Assembly: GCA_044222065.1 (NCBI GenBank)
Contig: JBGAOA010000022.1
Location: 1-36,582, forward strand
DNA: 36,582 nt
Direction: 5' to 3'
Source: Candidatus Eiseniibacteriota bacterium
GTDB lineage: Bacteria > Eisenbacteria > RBG-16-71-46
Made by a program: the position numbers and the translations under genes
Shown here: in pieces, positions 26,302 through 35,744 of the stretch
Position numbering within the stretch: the stretch's first letter is position 1
How the letters are laid out: each line of letters opens with the position of its first letter
Notes under the pieces: model-generated
Databases searched by the model: none
Told to the model about the DNA's origin: nothing
What the model saw: the letters and a program-made list of their open reading frames with translations, nothing else

Positions 26302-27683
26302 CCGCGCGCCTCCCGGCCGCGCAGGCGCACGACCTCGTCCTTGAAGCGCGCGCCGCGCTCTTCGTAGTCGCGGAACATGTCGTACGACGCGCACCCGGGC
26401 GACAGCAGCACCGTGGGCGAGCCGAGGCGCTTCGCGGCCGCGAACGCGCGGTCCACGGCGTCGGGGAACGTCGCGGCGCGCTCCTGCGACACGCCGGGCC
26501 ACGCCGCGGCCATCGTCGCCGCGCCTTCGCCGATCAGCACGAGGTGCGCCGCCGAGGACTCGACGAGCGCGGCGATCGGCCGGAAGTCCTGACCCTTGTC
26601 GCGGCCCCCCGCGATCAGCACGACGGGCCGCTCGAAGCTCTTGAGCGCGACCGTCATCGAGTCCACGTTCGTCGCCTTCGAGTCGTTCACGAACTCGACG
26701 CCGTCCACGACGCCGACCGGCTCGAGCCGGTGCTCGAGACCGCCGTAGGCCTTGAGCGCGTCGCGCAGCACGGCGGGGGGAATCTCGAGCGGCAGCGTGA
26801 TCGCGAGCGCCGCGACGACGTTCGCGAGGTTGTGCTCGCCGCGCAGCTTCAGCTCCGCGACGCGCATCAGGCGCTCGGCGCCGCCGCGCCACGCGAGCGT
26901 GATGTCGCCCGCGACCGCGTACGCGCCCTCCTCGACCGCGCGCCGCACCGAGAACTCGAGCGCCGTGCCCCCGCCCGTGCGCAGCTCCGCGAGCGCGGAG
27001 TCGTCGGCGTTCCAGACCGACCAGTCCGCCGGCTCCTGACGGCGGAAGAGCCGCTGCTTCGCCGCGGCGTAGGCGGCGAGCGAGCCGTGGCGGTCGAGGT
27101 GGTCCGGGGTCAGGTTGAGCCAGGCGGCGACGTAGGGCTTGAGGCGATCCACGGTTTCGAGCTGGAAGGACGACACTTCCACGACGAGGAATCCGGTCGG
27201 CCCGACGGTCTCGACCGCGTCGCACAGCGGGCGGCCGATGTTCCCGCACACCTCGACGCGTCGGCCGGCCGCGCGCAGCAGTGCGCCCGTGAGGTCGGTC
27301 GTCGTGCTCTTGCCGTTCGTGCCGGTGATGCAGACGAACGGCGCCTGAGCCGCGAGGAAGCCGAGCTCGAGCTCGGACAGCACCGGAATGCCGCGCGCGC
27401 GCGCCGCCTCGGCGAGCGGGTGGTCGAAGCGGATGCCGGGGCTCCACACGACCGCGTCGCGTCCTTCGAGCAGCGCGGGATCGTCGCGGCCCCAGTCGGC
27501 CGCGATGCCGAGCGCGCCGAGCGAGGCCGCGGCGGCGGCGAGGCGCTCGGCGGGCGCCGAGTCGCACACGCGCACGTCGAGTCCGTGGCGCTTCAGCAGC
27601 CCCGCGGCCGCGAGGCCGGAGCGCGCCGCGCCCACGACCAGCGGCCGGGTGCCCGGGAAGGGATGTCGCGCGTCGATGGTCAC
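26298..27683 (-). CDS. murD: UDP-N-acetylmuramoyl-L-alanine--D-glutamate ligase
   Basis: SPGI, ITGTNGKSTT, GNIG, EVSSFQL, DHLDRH, NDSKATN, LSPGCASYD. GTG overlaps the mraY stop. Confidence 0.97.
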   Translation of the reverse strand: MTIDARHPFPGTRPLVVGAARSGLAAAGLLKRHGLDVRVCDSAPAERLAAAAASLGALGIAADWGRDDPALLEGRDAVVWSPGIRFDHPLAEAARARGIPVLSELELGFLAAQAPFVCITGTNGKSTTTDLTGALLRAAGRRVEVCGNIGRPLCDAVETVGPTGFLVVEVSSFQLETVDRLKPYVAAWLNLTPDHLDRHGSLAAYAAAKQRLFRRQEPADWSVWNADDSALAELRTGGGTALEFSVRRAVEEGAYAVAGDITLAWRGGAERLMRVAELKLRGEHNLANVVAALAITLPLEIPPAVLRDALKAYGGLEHRLEPVGVVDGVEFVNDSKATNVDSMTVALKSFERPVVLIAGGRDKGQDFRPIAALVESSAAHLVLIGEGAATMAAAWPGVSQERAATFPDAVDRAFAAAKRLGSPTVLLSPGCASYDMFRDYEERGARFKDEVVRLRGREARG

Positions 27684-28771
27684 TGCAGTTTCATCGTCGA
27701 CAGGGTGAGGAGAGCCAGCAGCGCGCCCGCGATGTAGAAACGCAGTACGACCCGCGACTCGGCCCATCCCTGGAGCTCGAAGTGGTGGTGGAGCGGCGAC
27801 ATCTTGAAGACCCGCCGCCCGAACAGCTTGAACGACGTCACCTGGATCATCACCGACAGCGTCTCGGCCACGAACACGCCGCCCACGAGCACGAGCCAGA
27901 ACTCGCGCTTGATGAGCACGGCCACGACCCCGAGCGCTCCGCCGAGGGACAGTGAGCCCGTGTCGCCCATGAACACGTCGGCCGGGTGACAGTTGTACCA
28001 GAGAAACCCGAGCGCCGCCCCCAGCACGGCGCTGCAGAAGACGGTCAGCTCGCCGCCGTACGCGAGGTGCGTGATGTTCAGGTACTCGCTGAACTTGAGG
28101 TGGCCGCTCAGGTAGCACATGCCGGCGAGCGTCAGCGCCGCGATCGCGACGAGCCCCGAGGCGAGCCCGTCGAGGCCGTCGGTGAGGTTGACCGAGTTCG
28201 ACGACGCGGTGATGACGAAGATCACGAACGGCACGAACAGGATGCCGAAGTCCACGAACTGGAACTTGAGGAACGGCACGTGGGTCGTCGTCGCGGGAAG
28301 CTCGGGCCGCGGCCAGTAGATGAGGATCAGGCCGACCACCGCGCCGATCACGAACTGACCGACGAGCTTGTAGCGGCCGAGCAGGCCCTTCGGCAGCCCC
28401 TTCACGACGCGCAGGTAGTCGTCGAGGAAACCGAGCGCGCCGAGCCACACGGTCGTGCCGAGCGCGAGCCACAGCTCGCGCGAATGCAGGTTCCCCCACA
28501 GCAGCGTCGGCACGACGATCGCCGTGAGGATCAGGAGCCCGCCCATCGTCGGCGTGCCCGCCTTCGTGAGGTGCGCCTGCGGCCCTTCGGCGCGGATCTT
28601 CTGTCCGAGCTTCACGCGCCGCAGCCACTCGATCATCGGCGGGCCGAAGACGTAGCACACGATCAGCGCCGTCACCGCCGCGTACGCGGATCGAAACGTG
28701 ATGTACCGGAAGACGTTCAACGCCGAGAGTCCAGGCGCCTCGTGCAGCGGATAGATCCACTCGTAGAACAT
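27680..28771 (-). CDS. mraY: Phospho-N-acetylmuramoyl-pentapeptide transferase
   Basis: KAGTPTMGG, GFLDDY, NLTDGLDGL, VFMGDTGS, SPLHHHFE. Confidence 0.98.
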   Translation of the reverse strand: MFYEWIYPLHEAPGLSALNVFRYITFRSAYAAVTALIVCYVFGPPMIEWLRRVKLGQKIRAEGPQAHLTKAGTPTMGGLLILTAIVVPTLLWGNLHSRELWLALGTTVWLGALGFLDDYLRVVKGLPKGLLGRYKLVGQFVIGAVVGLILIYWPRPELPATTTHVPFLKFQFVDFGILFVPFVIFVITASSNSVNLTDGLDGLASGLVAIAALTLAGMCYLSGHLKFSEYLNITHLAYGGELTVFCSAVLGAALGFLWYNCHPADVFMGDTGSLSLGGALGVVAVLIKREFWLVLVGGVFVAETLSVMIQVTSFKLFGRRVFKMSPLHHHFELQGWAESRVVLRFYIAGALLALLTLSTMKLQ

Positions 28772-30186
28772 CAGCGCTCCCGCTCCAGGCCCTCGAGCAC
28801 GCGCTCGAGCGCCGCACCCCTCGACCCCTTGACGAGCACCGCGACGCCGGGCGCGAGCGCCTCCGCGAGCGCCGTGCGCACCGCCGCCACGTCGTCGAAC
28901 ACGCGCGCGGCCGCGCCCGCGCGCTTCGCCCCCTTCGCCCAGTCCTCCGCGAACGCGCCGACCGACCACACCTCGAGACCGGCCGCGGCGGCGCCCGTCT
29001 CGCGGTGCAGCTTCGCCGCGCCGTCGCCGAGTTCGAGCATGTCGCCGAGCACCGCGATGCGGCGCGCCGCGCCCGGCAGCGACGCGAGCGTCGCGAGCGC
29101 CGCGCGCGTCGAATCCGGATTCGCGTTGTAGCAGTCCACGAGCAGCGTCGCGCCGTTCACGCGCCACGATTCCATGCGGCCCTTCGCGGGCGATGCCGCT
29201 TCGAGCGCCGCGACCGCCGCCGCGGGGTCCACGCGGTATTCGCGCGCGACCGCGAGCGCGCCGAGCGCGTTCGCGACCTGGTGCGCGCCGACGAGCGGCA
29301 GCGTGAACTCCGGGAAACCGGGAACGGCGACGCGCGAGCGTCCGTCCGCGAGCGGCTGGACCTTCGACGGGCGCACGTCGGCGTCCTTCGCGAGGCCGTA
29401 CGTCACGATGCGGCACTTCGCGCCGGCGAGCGCCGCGAGGAGCGGCGCGGAGTCCGCGCCCGCGAACAGCGTTTCGCCTTCGCGCAGCGCGAAGGCGAGC
29501 GCGGCCTTCTCGCGCGCGACCGCCTCGACGGCGCCGAAGCGCTCGAGGTGCGCGTGCCCGGCGTTCGTGATGAGCGCGGCGTTCGGCGCCGCGAGCCCCG
29601 CGAGTTTCGCGATCTCGCCGGGTTCGCTCATGCCCATCTCGACGACCGCGGCGCGATGCTCGCGGCGCAGCCGCATCAGCGTGAGCGGCACGCCCCAGAA
29701 GTTGTTCAGGTTGCCTTCGGTCTTGAGCGTCGGCGCCGCGGTCTGGAGCACGGCGGCGACGAGGTCCTTGGTCGTCGTCTTGCCCGCGCTGCCCGTGATG
29801 CCGAGCAGCAGCCCCGGCCAGTCGGCGCGGTAGCGGCGCGCGAGGCGCTGCAACGCGGCCGTCACGTCGTCCACGACGACGAGCGGCCCGGGCTCGCGGC
29901 CGCGGAACGGCTCGTAGCGCTCGCGGGCGCAGAACGCGCACGCGGCCCCGCGCTCGAAGGCGCGGACCAGGTAGTCGTGCCCGTCCACGTTTCCGCCGCG
30001 CAACGGCACGAACAGGTCGCCGTCCGCGAGCGTCCGCGTGTCGATCGTGACGCCGCCGATCCCGGAGCGCAGGAACGCCTCGCGCGCCGACGGTTCGGAG
30101 GGCACTTCGCGCACGGCGAGGTCGCCGCCCGCGAACTGGGCGACGTCCACGAGCGACACGATCGGCTCGGCGGCGAAGGCGGTCAT
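28771..30186 (-). CDS. murF: UDP-MurNAc-tripeptide--D-Ala-D-Ala ligase
   Basis: IDTR, DGHDY, ITGSAGKTTTKD, NLNNFWGVP, EMGMS, DCYNANPDS, GDMLELG, VKGSRG. Confidence 0.96.
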   Translation of the reverse strand: MTAFAAEPIVSLVDVAQFAGGDLAVREVPSEPSAREAFLRSGIGGVTIDTRTLADGDLFVPLRGGNVDGHDYLVRAFERGAACAFCARERYEPFRGREPGPLVVVDDVTAALQRLARRYRADWPGLLLGITGSAGKTTTKDLVAAVLQTAAPTLKTEGNLNNFWGVPLTLMRLRREHRAAVVEMGMSEPGEIAKLAGLAAPNAALITNAGHAHLERFGAVEAVAREKAALAFALREGETLFAGADSAPLLAALAGAKCRIVTYGLAKDADVRPSKVQPLADGRSRVAVPGFPEFTLPLVGAHQVANALGALAVAREYRVDPAAAVAALEAASPAKGRMESWRVNGATLLVDCYNANPDSTRAALATLASLPGAARRIAVLGDMLELGDGAAKLHRETGAAAAGLEVWSVGAFAEDWAKGAKRAGAAARVFDDVAAVRTALAEALAPGVAVLVKGSRGAALERVLEGLERER

Positions 30187-30205
30187 CACGCGCGGCCCCT
30201 GCGCT

Positions 30206-31699
30206 TCATCGCCCGGCCCACCCGCGCGCGGCGAGTGCTTCGCGCGCGACCGTGCGGTCGTCGAACGGCGCGACCGTCGCGCCGATCGTCTGCGTCGTCT
30301 CGTGCCCCTTCCCCGCGACGAGCACGAGGTCGCCGGGACGGGCCTCCGCGATCGCAGCCGCGATCGCCTCGCGCCGGTCGAGGATCGTCGCGAGCCGGCC
30401 TTCGGGGTCGCCTGCCGAAATCTCGCGCGCGATGGCGGCCGGTTCCTCGCTGCGCGGATTGTCGTTCGTGATCCACGCGCGCTCGCACGCGCGCGCCGCG
30501 ATCGCGCCCATGAGCGGGCGCTTGCCGCGGTCGCGGTCGCCCCCGCAGCCGAACACGAGCAGCACGCGCCCGGGCGCGTGGTCGCGCGCGGCCGCGATCG
30601 TGCGCTCGAGCGCATCGGGCGTGTGCGCGTAGTCCACGGCGACCGTGAAGGGCTGGCCCGCGACGACGCGCTCGAGGCGGCCGGGGACGCCGGCGACGGC
30701 GGCGAGGCCGGACTCGATCGTGCCGGGCACGATCCCGAGCGCGAGCGCGGCGCCGTACGCCACCGCGGCGTTCGACGCGTTGTAGCGGCCGAGCAGCGGC
30801 AGCACGAACGGGGCGCGCGCCTCGCCGCCCGCGCGCGCGACGAGTTCGAGGCCGCCCGGACGCGGCGTGACCCGTTCGATCACGAGCGCCGCGCCCCGGA
30901 GCGCCGCGCCGCCGGCCGAGACGCGCCGCACCTCGAAGCCGCCGCGCTCCGCCGCCGCGGCCACGCGGTCCGCCGCGGGGTCGTCGGCGTTGACGACCGC
31001 CCACGCGCGCTTGCCCACGCCGCCGTTGCGGCCGTCGAACAGCATGAGCTTCGCGTCGAGGTAGGCGTCCATCGTGCCGTGGTAGTCGAGGTGGTCCTGC
31101 GTCAGGTTCGTGAATGCGACGACGTCGAACGCGACGCCGTACGTGCGGCGCTGCACGAGCGCGTGGCTCGACACCTCCATCGCGACCGAGCCGACGCCCG
31201 CGTCGCGCATCTCGGCGAGCAGCGACTGCAGCTCCGGTGATTCGGGCGTGGTGAACGCCGAGGCGCGCGTGCGCTCGCCGAACTTCACGCCGGTCGTGCC
31301 GATCACGCCGGGCACGCGCCCCGCCGCGTGAAGGACGGACTCGAGCAGGTACGTCGTCGTGGTCTTGCCGTTCGTGCCCGTCACGCCGACGACGGAGAGG
31401 GCGCGCGACGGTTCGCCGTGGAGCCGCGCCGCGGCGAGTGCCATCGCGCGGCGCGGCTCCTCGACCTCGACCGTCGTGCGACCGGCGGCGGCGAAACCGC
31501 GCGGCACGACCGCGGCGACCGCGCCGGCCGCGAACGCCGCGTCCACGAAGCGGGCGCCGTCGGCGTGCAGGCCCGCGAGCGCGAAGAACGCGTCCCCGGC
31601 GCGCACGCGGCGCGAGTCGTAGGCGACGCCTCCGACCTCGAGCGCGGTGTCGCCGTGGGCGGCGACCACGCCGGCGTCTTCGAGCAGCGCGGCGAGCAT
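30206..31699 (-). CDS. murE: UDP-MurNAc-dipeptide--meso-diaminopimelate ligase
   Basis: YDSR, VTGTNGKTTT, MEVSSH, DHLDYH, DYAHTPD, GCGGDRD, DNPR (mDAP-type), AGKGHE. Confidence 0.97.
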   Translation of the reverse strand: MLAALLEDAGVVAAHGDTALEVGGVAYDSRRVRAGDAFFALAGLHADGARFVDAAFAAGAVAAVVPRGFAAAGRTTVEVEEPRRAMALAAARLHGEPSRALSVVGVTGTNGKTTTTYLLESVLHAAGRVPGVIGTTGVKFGERTRASAFTTPESPELQSLLAEMRDAGVGSVAMEVSSHALVQRRTYGVAFDVVAFTNLTQDHLDYHGTMDAYLDAKLMLFDGRNGGVGKRAWAVVNADDPAADRVAAAAERGGFEVRRVSAGGAALRGAALVIERVTPRPGGLELVARAGGEARAPFVLPLLGRYNASNAAVAYGAALALGIVPGTIESGLAAVAGVPGRLERVVAGQPFTVAVDYAHTPDALERTIAAARDHAPGRVLLVFGCGGDRDRGKRPLMGAIAARACERAWITNDNPRSEEPAAIAREISAGDPEGRLATILDRREAIAAAIAEARPGDLVLVAGKGHETTQTIGATVAPFDDRTVAREALAARGWAGR

Positions 31700-33846
31700 C
31701 ACGGCGTGCCGGGCGAGCTGGCGGCGACCGCGTCCACGGTCGTCGCACCCGGGGGCCGCACGGGATGCGGCTCGCACCACAGGCGGACTTCCGCGACGGG
31801 CAGGCGGGATCCGGGGGCCGGCGACTGACGCACGACGACGCCGCTTCCCGCGATGCGCGCCGGAACGCGGCGCGTGGACAGCACGCGGAGCGCCTCGCGC
31901 ACGGGAAGCCCGGAGAGATCGGGAATGCAGGCGAGCGCGCTGTCGCGCGGCGCCTCGAGCACGAGCGTGACGCGCTCGCCGCGGCCGAGCGCCGAACCGG
32001 CGGCGGGCTCCTGCGCGAGCACGCGCGGACCCTCGCCGCTGCGGCGCGCGCGCAGGCCGAGGTCGGCCAGACGCCGCTCGGCCGCGCTCGACGGCAGCAA
32101 TCGCAAGTCGGGAACGACGACCGGCGCGGGCGCGGGCGGGCGCACGGCGATCGTGTTCACGTCGGGACCGAACGGGCCGTTCGGGAGCCGCTGCAGGTCC
32201 TTCAGGACCTCGCGGAACACGGGCGCGGCGACCTCGCCGCCGTAGTAGTGCTTGCCGCGCGGCTCGTCGATCACGACGACGCCGACGATCGTCGGGCTCT
32301 CGGCCGGGGCGAAGCCGACGAACGACGACAGGTACATGCCCTTGCCGTACGTGCCGACGCGCGCGTCGTACTTCTGCGCCGTGCCGGTCTTGCCCGCGAT
32401 CGCGAGCCCCGGCACCCGCGCCGCCTTCGCCGTGCCGCTGTCCACGACGGAGGCGAGCATGTCGGTGAGCGTGCGCGTCGTGCCCTCGCTGAACACGCGG
32501 CGCGACGCCTGCGGGCGCACGACACGGACGCCGCCGTCCGCGGCGCGGATCTCGCGCGAGATCATCGGCTGCATGAGCGTGCCGCCGTTCGCGATCGCGC
32601 CGTACGCGAGCGCGAGCTGGAGCGGCGTCACCGTCATCTCGTGCCCGATCGCCATCGTCGGCAGCGAGCGCGCCGACCACGAGGCCGGGCTCCGCAGCCG
32701 CCCCGCGGTCTCGCCCGGAAACTCGACGCCCGTGAGGCTGCCGAAGCCGAGCGCGGTCGCGTAGCGGTAGAAGCGCTCGGGGCCGACGAGCAGCCCGAGC
32801 TTGCCCATGACGATGTTGCTCGAGAAGCGCACGGCGTCGCGCAGCGTGTAAGCCGCTTCCTTGTGCGTGTCGTGGAACAGCGCCCCCGGCGCGATCAGCG
32901 CGACGCCGGTCGCCGAGGCCGCGAACACCTGGTCGGGCCGCGCCAGGCCCTCTTCGAGCACCGCGCCCGCCACGACGGCCTTGAACGTCGAGCCCGGTTC
33001 GTACTGGTCGGTGAAGTTCCAGTTGCGCGCCTTGCCCGGACCGAGATGCGGCGCGTTCGCGGACGCGAGGATCTCGCCCGTGCGCGGGTCGAGGAAGATC
33101 GCGAAACCGCGCTGCGCGTTCAGCGTGTCGACGGCGCGCGCGAGGTGGCTCTCGACGATCGCCTGCAGGTCGAGGTCGATCGTCGTCACGACGTCGGCGC
33201 CGTTCTCGGGACGGCGGCGCAGCCCGCGCGGCAAGGTGTGCGAGCGGCCGAGACCGTCGCGGAACAGCGTCTGCCAGCCGGGCCGGCCGCGGAGCACGTC
33301 GTCGAACTGCAGCTCGAGTCCGTCCACGCCGCTGTTGTCGAGGTCGGTGCGGCCGAGCACTTCGCAGGCCGCGAGTTCGAGCGGATACTCGCGGCGCGTC
33401 TCCATCGTGAGGTGCACGCCCTCGAGGCGCGCTTCGGCGATGCGTTCTCCGCGGCCCGGATCCACGCGGCGCGCGACGTACAGGAAGCGGCGCTTCGGAT
33501 CGAACTGGCGCTCGAGCGCCCGCGTCTCGCGCGCGTTGCGGCCGAGCAGCTCGGCGAGGCGGCGCGCGGTCGCGCGCGGCGACTTCATCTCGCTCGGCGC
33601 GGCCGAGATCGTGTAGGTCAGCAGGTCGTGGGCGAGCGCCCGCCCCTGCCGGTCGAGCAGGTCGCCCCGCACGGGCTTCACCGCGACGCGCTGCTCCTGG
33701 TGCATCTCCGCGCGCGTCACGAAGTGCTCGTGGTTCACGATCGCGAGCCAGCCGACGCGCGCCCACAGCACCACCAGCCCGACAAAGAGGCCGGCCGCAG
33801 CCACCAGCACCCGACTCTTGCGCATTTCCGTGTGGGCCAATTTCAT
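31699..33846 (-). CDS. ftsI: Class B penicillin-binding protein FtsI/PBP3 with two C-terminal PASTA-like domains
   Basis: N-terminal TM helix; RGDLLDR; EPGSTFK (SxxK), SSN, KTGT; VVPDLRL and IPDLSGL PASTA-like repeats. Confidence 0.95.
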   Translation of the reverse strand: MKLAHTEMRKSRVLVAAAGLFVGLVVLWARVGWLAIVNHEHFVTRAEMHQEQRVAVKPVRGDLLDRQGRALAHDLLTYTISAAPSEMKSPRATARRLAELLGRNARETRALERQFDPKRRFLYVARRVDPGRGERIAEARLEGVHLTMETRREYPLELAACEVLGRTDLDNSGVDGLELQFDDVLRGRPGWQTLFRDGLGRSHTLPRGLRRRPENGADVVTTIDLDLQAIVESHLARAVDTLNAQRGFAIFLDPRTGEILASANAPHLGPGKARNWNFTDQYEPGSTFKAVVAGAVLEEGLARPDQVFAASATGVALIAPGALFHDTHKEAAYTLRDAVRFSSNIVMGKLGLLVGPERFYRYATALGFGSLTGVEFPGETAGRLRSPASWSARSLPTMAIGHEMTVTPLQLALAYGAIANGGTLMQPMISREIRAADGGVRVVRPQASRRVFSEGTTRTLTDMLASVVDSGTAKAARVPGLAIAGKTGTAQKYDARVGTYGKGMYLSSFVGFAPAESPTIVGVVVIDEPRGKHYYGGEVAAPVFREVLKDLQRLPNGPFGPDVNTIAVRPPAPAPVVVPDLRLLPSSAAERRLADLGLRARRSGEGPRVLAQEPAAGSALGRGERVTLVLEAPRDSALACIPDLSGLPVREALRVLSTRRVPARIAGSGVVVRQSPAPGSRLPVAEVRLWCEPHPVRPPGATTVDAVAASSPGTP

Positions 33847-33945
33847 CCTTCCCTGGAGCAGCGGTTCACGCGGACCGCCGGGCCATCACCTGCGCGGTGC
33901 GGTGGTGCGGCCGGCCATCACCGGACACACCCCTTCCTCTGTGTG

Positions 33946-34383
33946 TCAGCGTTCGATGCGGCCCCGTGCCGTCGCGTCCGGCACGAGCGCGCGCGAAATC
34001 CTTTCCGCCGCCGCGAGCAGCGCGGCGTCCTTCGCTCCGGCGTTCGGCGCGTCCTCGTCCTCGAGGAACGAGGCGGGCAGCGCGACGAACTGCCGCGGAT
34101 CGGCGGGCGCGAGGCCCAGGCCGTCCGCGTACGAACCGGCGCCGTTGCGGGTGGTGCCGCGTTCGAGTCCTGCCTGGTCGTACGCGAGACGGACCTGGCT
34201 GGCCGCGAGCGCGGATCGGGTCTGATCGAGTTCGAGCGAGAGTTCCGCGACGCGGGCGCTCCCCCACACCTCGGTGAGCAGCATGCCGATCATGCCGAGC
34301 GCGAGCAGGACGAACTCGGGACGAACGGACGACTTCTCCGGGACGTTCCAGGAACGCGTGCGACGGAACGAAACGGGCGTCAT
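33946..34383 (-). CDS. ftsL: FtsL-like bitopic coiled-coil protein
   Basis: Lies between rsmH and ftsI; short basic N-terminus, one TM helix, Leu-heptad coiled coil, A..LGL..P motif. ATG overlaps the rsmH stop. Confidence 0.65.
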   Translation of the reverse strand: MTPVSFRRTRSWNVPEKSSVRPEFVLLALGMIGMLLTEVWGSARVAELSLELDQTRSALAASQVRLAYDQAGLERGTTRNGAGSYADGLGLAPADPRQFVALPASFLEDEDAPNAGAKDAALLAAAERISRALVPDATARGRIER

Positions 34384-35309
34384 GCGGACTTCCTCCGGAA
34401 GGCACGGAGCCGGGCGCTGCGTGCGCGCGGATTCCGGGCCACCTCGCCGGGCGCAGGCGTCACCACCTTGCGCGTCAATTCCTCCCACGGCCCCTCCTCG
34501 GGCCGCGCCCCCTCGAACTGCGGCGGACGGCGGCGCGAAACCGTGTGCACGGGTCCGCGCACCGCACGCTTGATCCTCCGATCCTCGCCCGAGTGATACG
34601 CGAGGGTCACCACCACGCCGCCCGCGCGCACCGCGCCGGGCAGCCACTGCAACGCCGATTCGAGCTGTTCGGCTTCGCCGTTGATCCACGTCCTGAGCGC
34701 CTGGAACACCTGTGCGTAGCGGCGCGGGTGCGGGCGTCCGCCGAGCGCGCGGTCGATCGCCGCACGCAGCGCCACGGTCGTCGCGAGCGAACCGCCGCGA
34801 GCCTCGGCCACGAGCGCGCGCGCGAGGCGCATCGCGCCGCGCACGTCGCCGTACTCGGAGAGCACGGTCGCGATCTCGGCGTCTTCGGCGCGGGCGAGCC
34901 GCGCGGAAGCCGGCTCGTCGCGCGTCGGATCCATGCGCAGGTCGAGCGGCCCGTCGTGCGAGAAGCTCATGCCGCGGTGCGGCTCGTCGATCTGGCGCGA
35001 TGACAGTCCGAGGTCGAAGAGCGCCCCGGAGAGCGGCTCGTCGCCGGCCGCGGCGTGCGCGGCGGGCAGCTCGGCGAACGTGGCGTGCGCGAACGTCACG
35101 CGGCCGCCGAAACGAGCGAGGCGCCCGCGCGAGAACGCGAGCGCATCGGGATCCCGGTCGCAGCCGAGCAGCCGCACGCGCGGGCGTCGCTCGAGCAGCG
35201 CTTCGGCGTGTCCGGCGTCGCCCAGGGTCGCATCGAGCACGAGCCCGTCTTCGGCGTCGAGGAATCCGAGCGTCTCCTCGAGCAGGACCGGGTCATGATG
35301 CCGTCTCAC
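34380..35309 (-). CDS. rsmH: 16S rRNA m4C1402 methyltransferase RsmH/MraW
   Basis: HDPVLLEE, DATLGDAGHA, DRDPDA, DLGLSS, PLDLRMD, FQALR, HSGEDR, NPRARSARLR. Confidence 0.95.
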   Translation of the reverse strand: MRRHHDPVLLEETLGFLDAEDGLVLDATLGDAGHAEALLERRPRVRLLGCDRDPDALAFSRGRLARFGGRVTFAHATFAELPAAHAAAGDEPLSGALFDLGLSSRQIDEPHRGMSFSHDGPLDLRMDPTRDEPASARLARAEDAEIATVLSEYGDVRGAMRLARALVAEARGGSLATTVALRAAIDRALGGRPHPRRYAQVFQALRTWINGEAEQLESALQWLPGAVRAGGVVVTLAYHSGEDRRIKRAVRGPVHTVSRRRPPQFEGARPEEGPWEELTRKVVTPAPGEVARNPRARSARLRAFRRKSA

Positions 35310-35742
35310 GCAGCGGCTCCAGCGCCCCGTTCAGCAGCTCGGTCGCCGAAGGCCAGCACCGCAGGCGCGGCTCGCAGCCCGCGAGCCGGAACAGGTCGCG
35401 CAAGTAGTGCGACAGACCGCAGACGACGAAGCCGCCCGCGTGCGATTCGAAGTGCGTCAGCGAATCGACGAGTGACGGCACGAGGCGGTAGTCGATGTGA
35501 CGGAGGTGGGTGCAGTCGAGCAGCAGCTGGGTCGCGCCGCGGTCCTCGAGCGATTCGAGCGCCCGGGACAACCGCGTGGCCGCGACCGTGTCGATCCAGC
35601 CCGCGAGCCGCACGAGCGCGATGCGTTCCGCGCCGCGGTCGTGCAACTCGAGTCGGGCGGCGGCGCCGTGCCGTCCATGGCTCAACTCGACGTTGAGCGC
35701 GAGCGGTGTCCGGTCCCTTCCGTGGTCCTTCGGCGCCACCAT
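35293..35742 (-). CDS. STAS-domain (anti-sigma-factor-antagonist-like) protein
   Basis: VRLAGWID, LLLDCTHLRHID and VVCGLSHYLRDLFRLAG follow the STAS/SpoIIAA pattern. ATG lies 2 nt after the mraZ stop; the 3' end overlaps the rsmH start by 17 nt. Confidence 0.82.
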   Translation of the reverse strand: MVAPKDHGRDRTPLALNVELSHGRHGAAARLELHDRGAERIALVRLAGWIDTVAATRLSRALESLEDRGATQLLLDCTHLRHIDYRLVPSLVDSLTHFESHAGGFVVCGLSHYLRDLFRLAGCEPRLRCWPSATELLNGALEPLRETAS

Positions 35743-35744
35743 CC

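Noticed and set aside
22632..33766. Apparent long N-terminal extensions or fusions of Mur and Fts proteins in the ORF track
   Set aside because: Artefacts of choosing the farthest start codon. The likely true starts overlap or closely follow the upstream stops.
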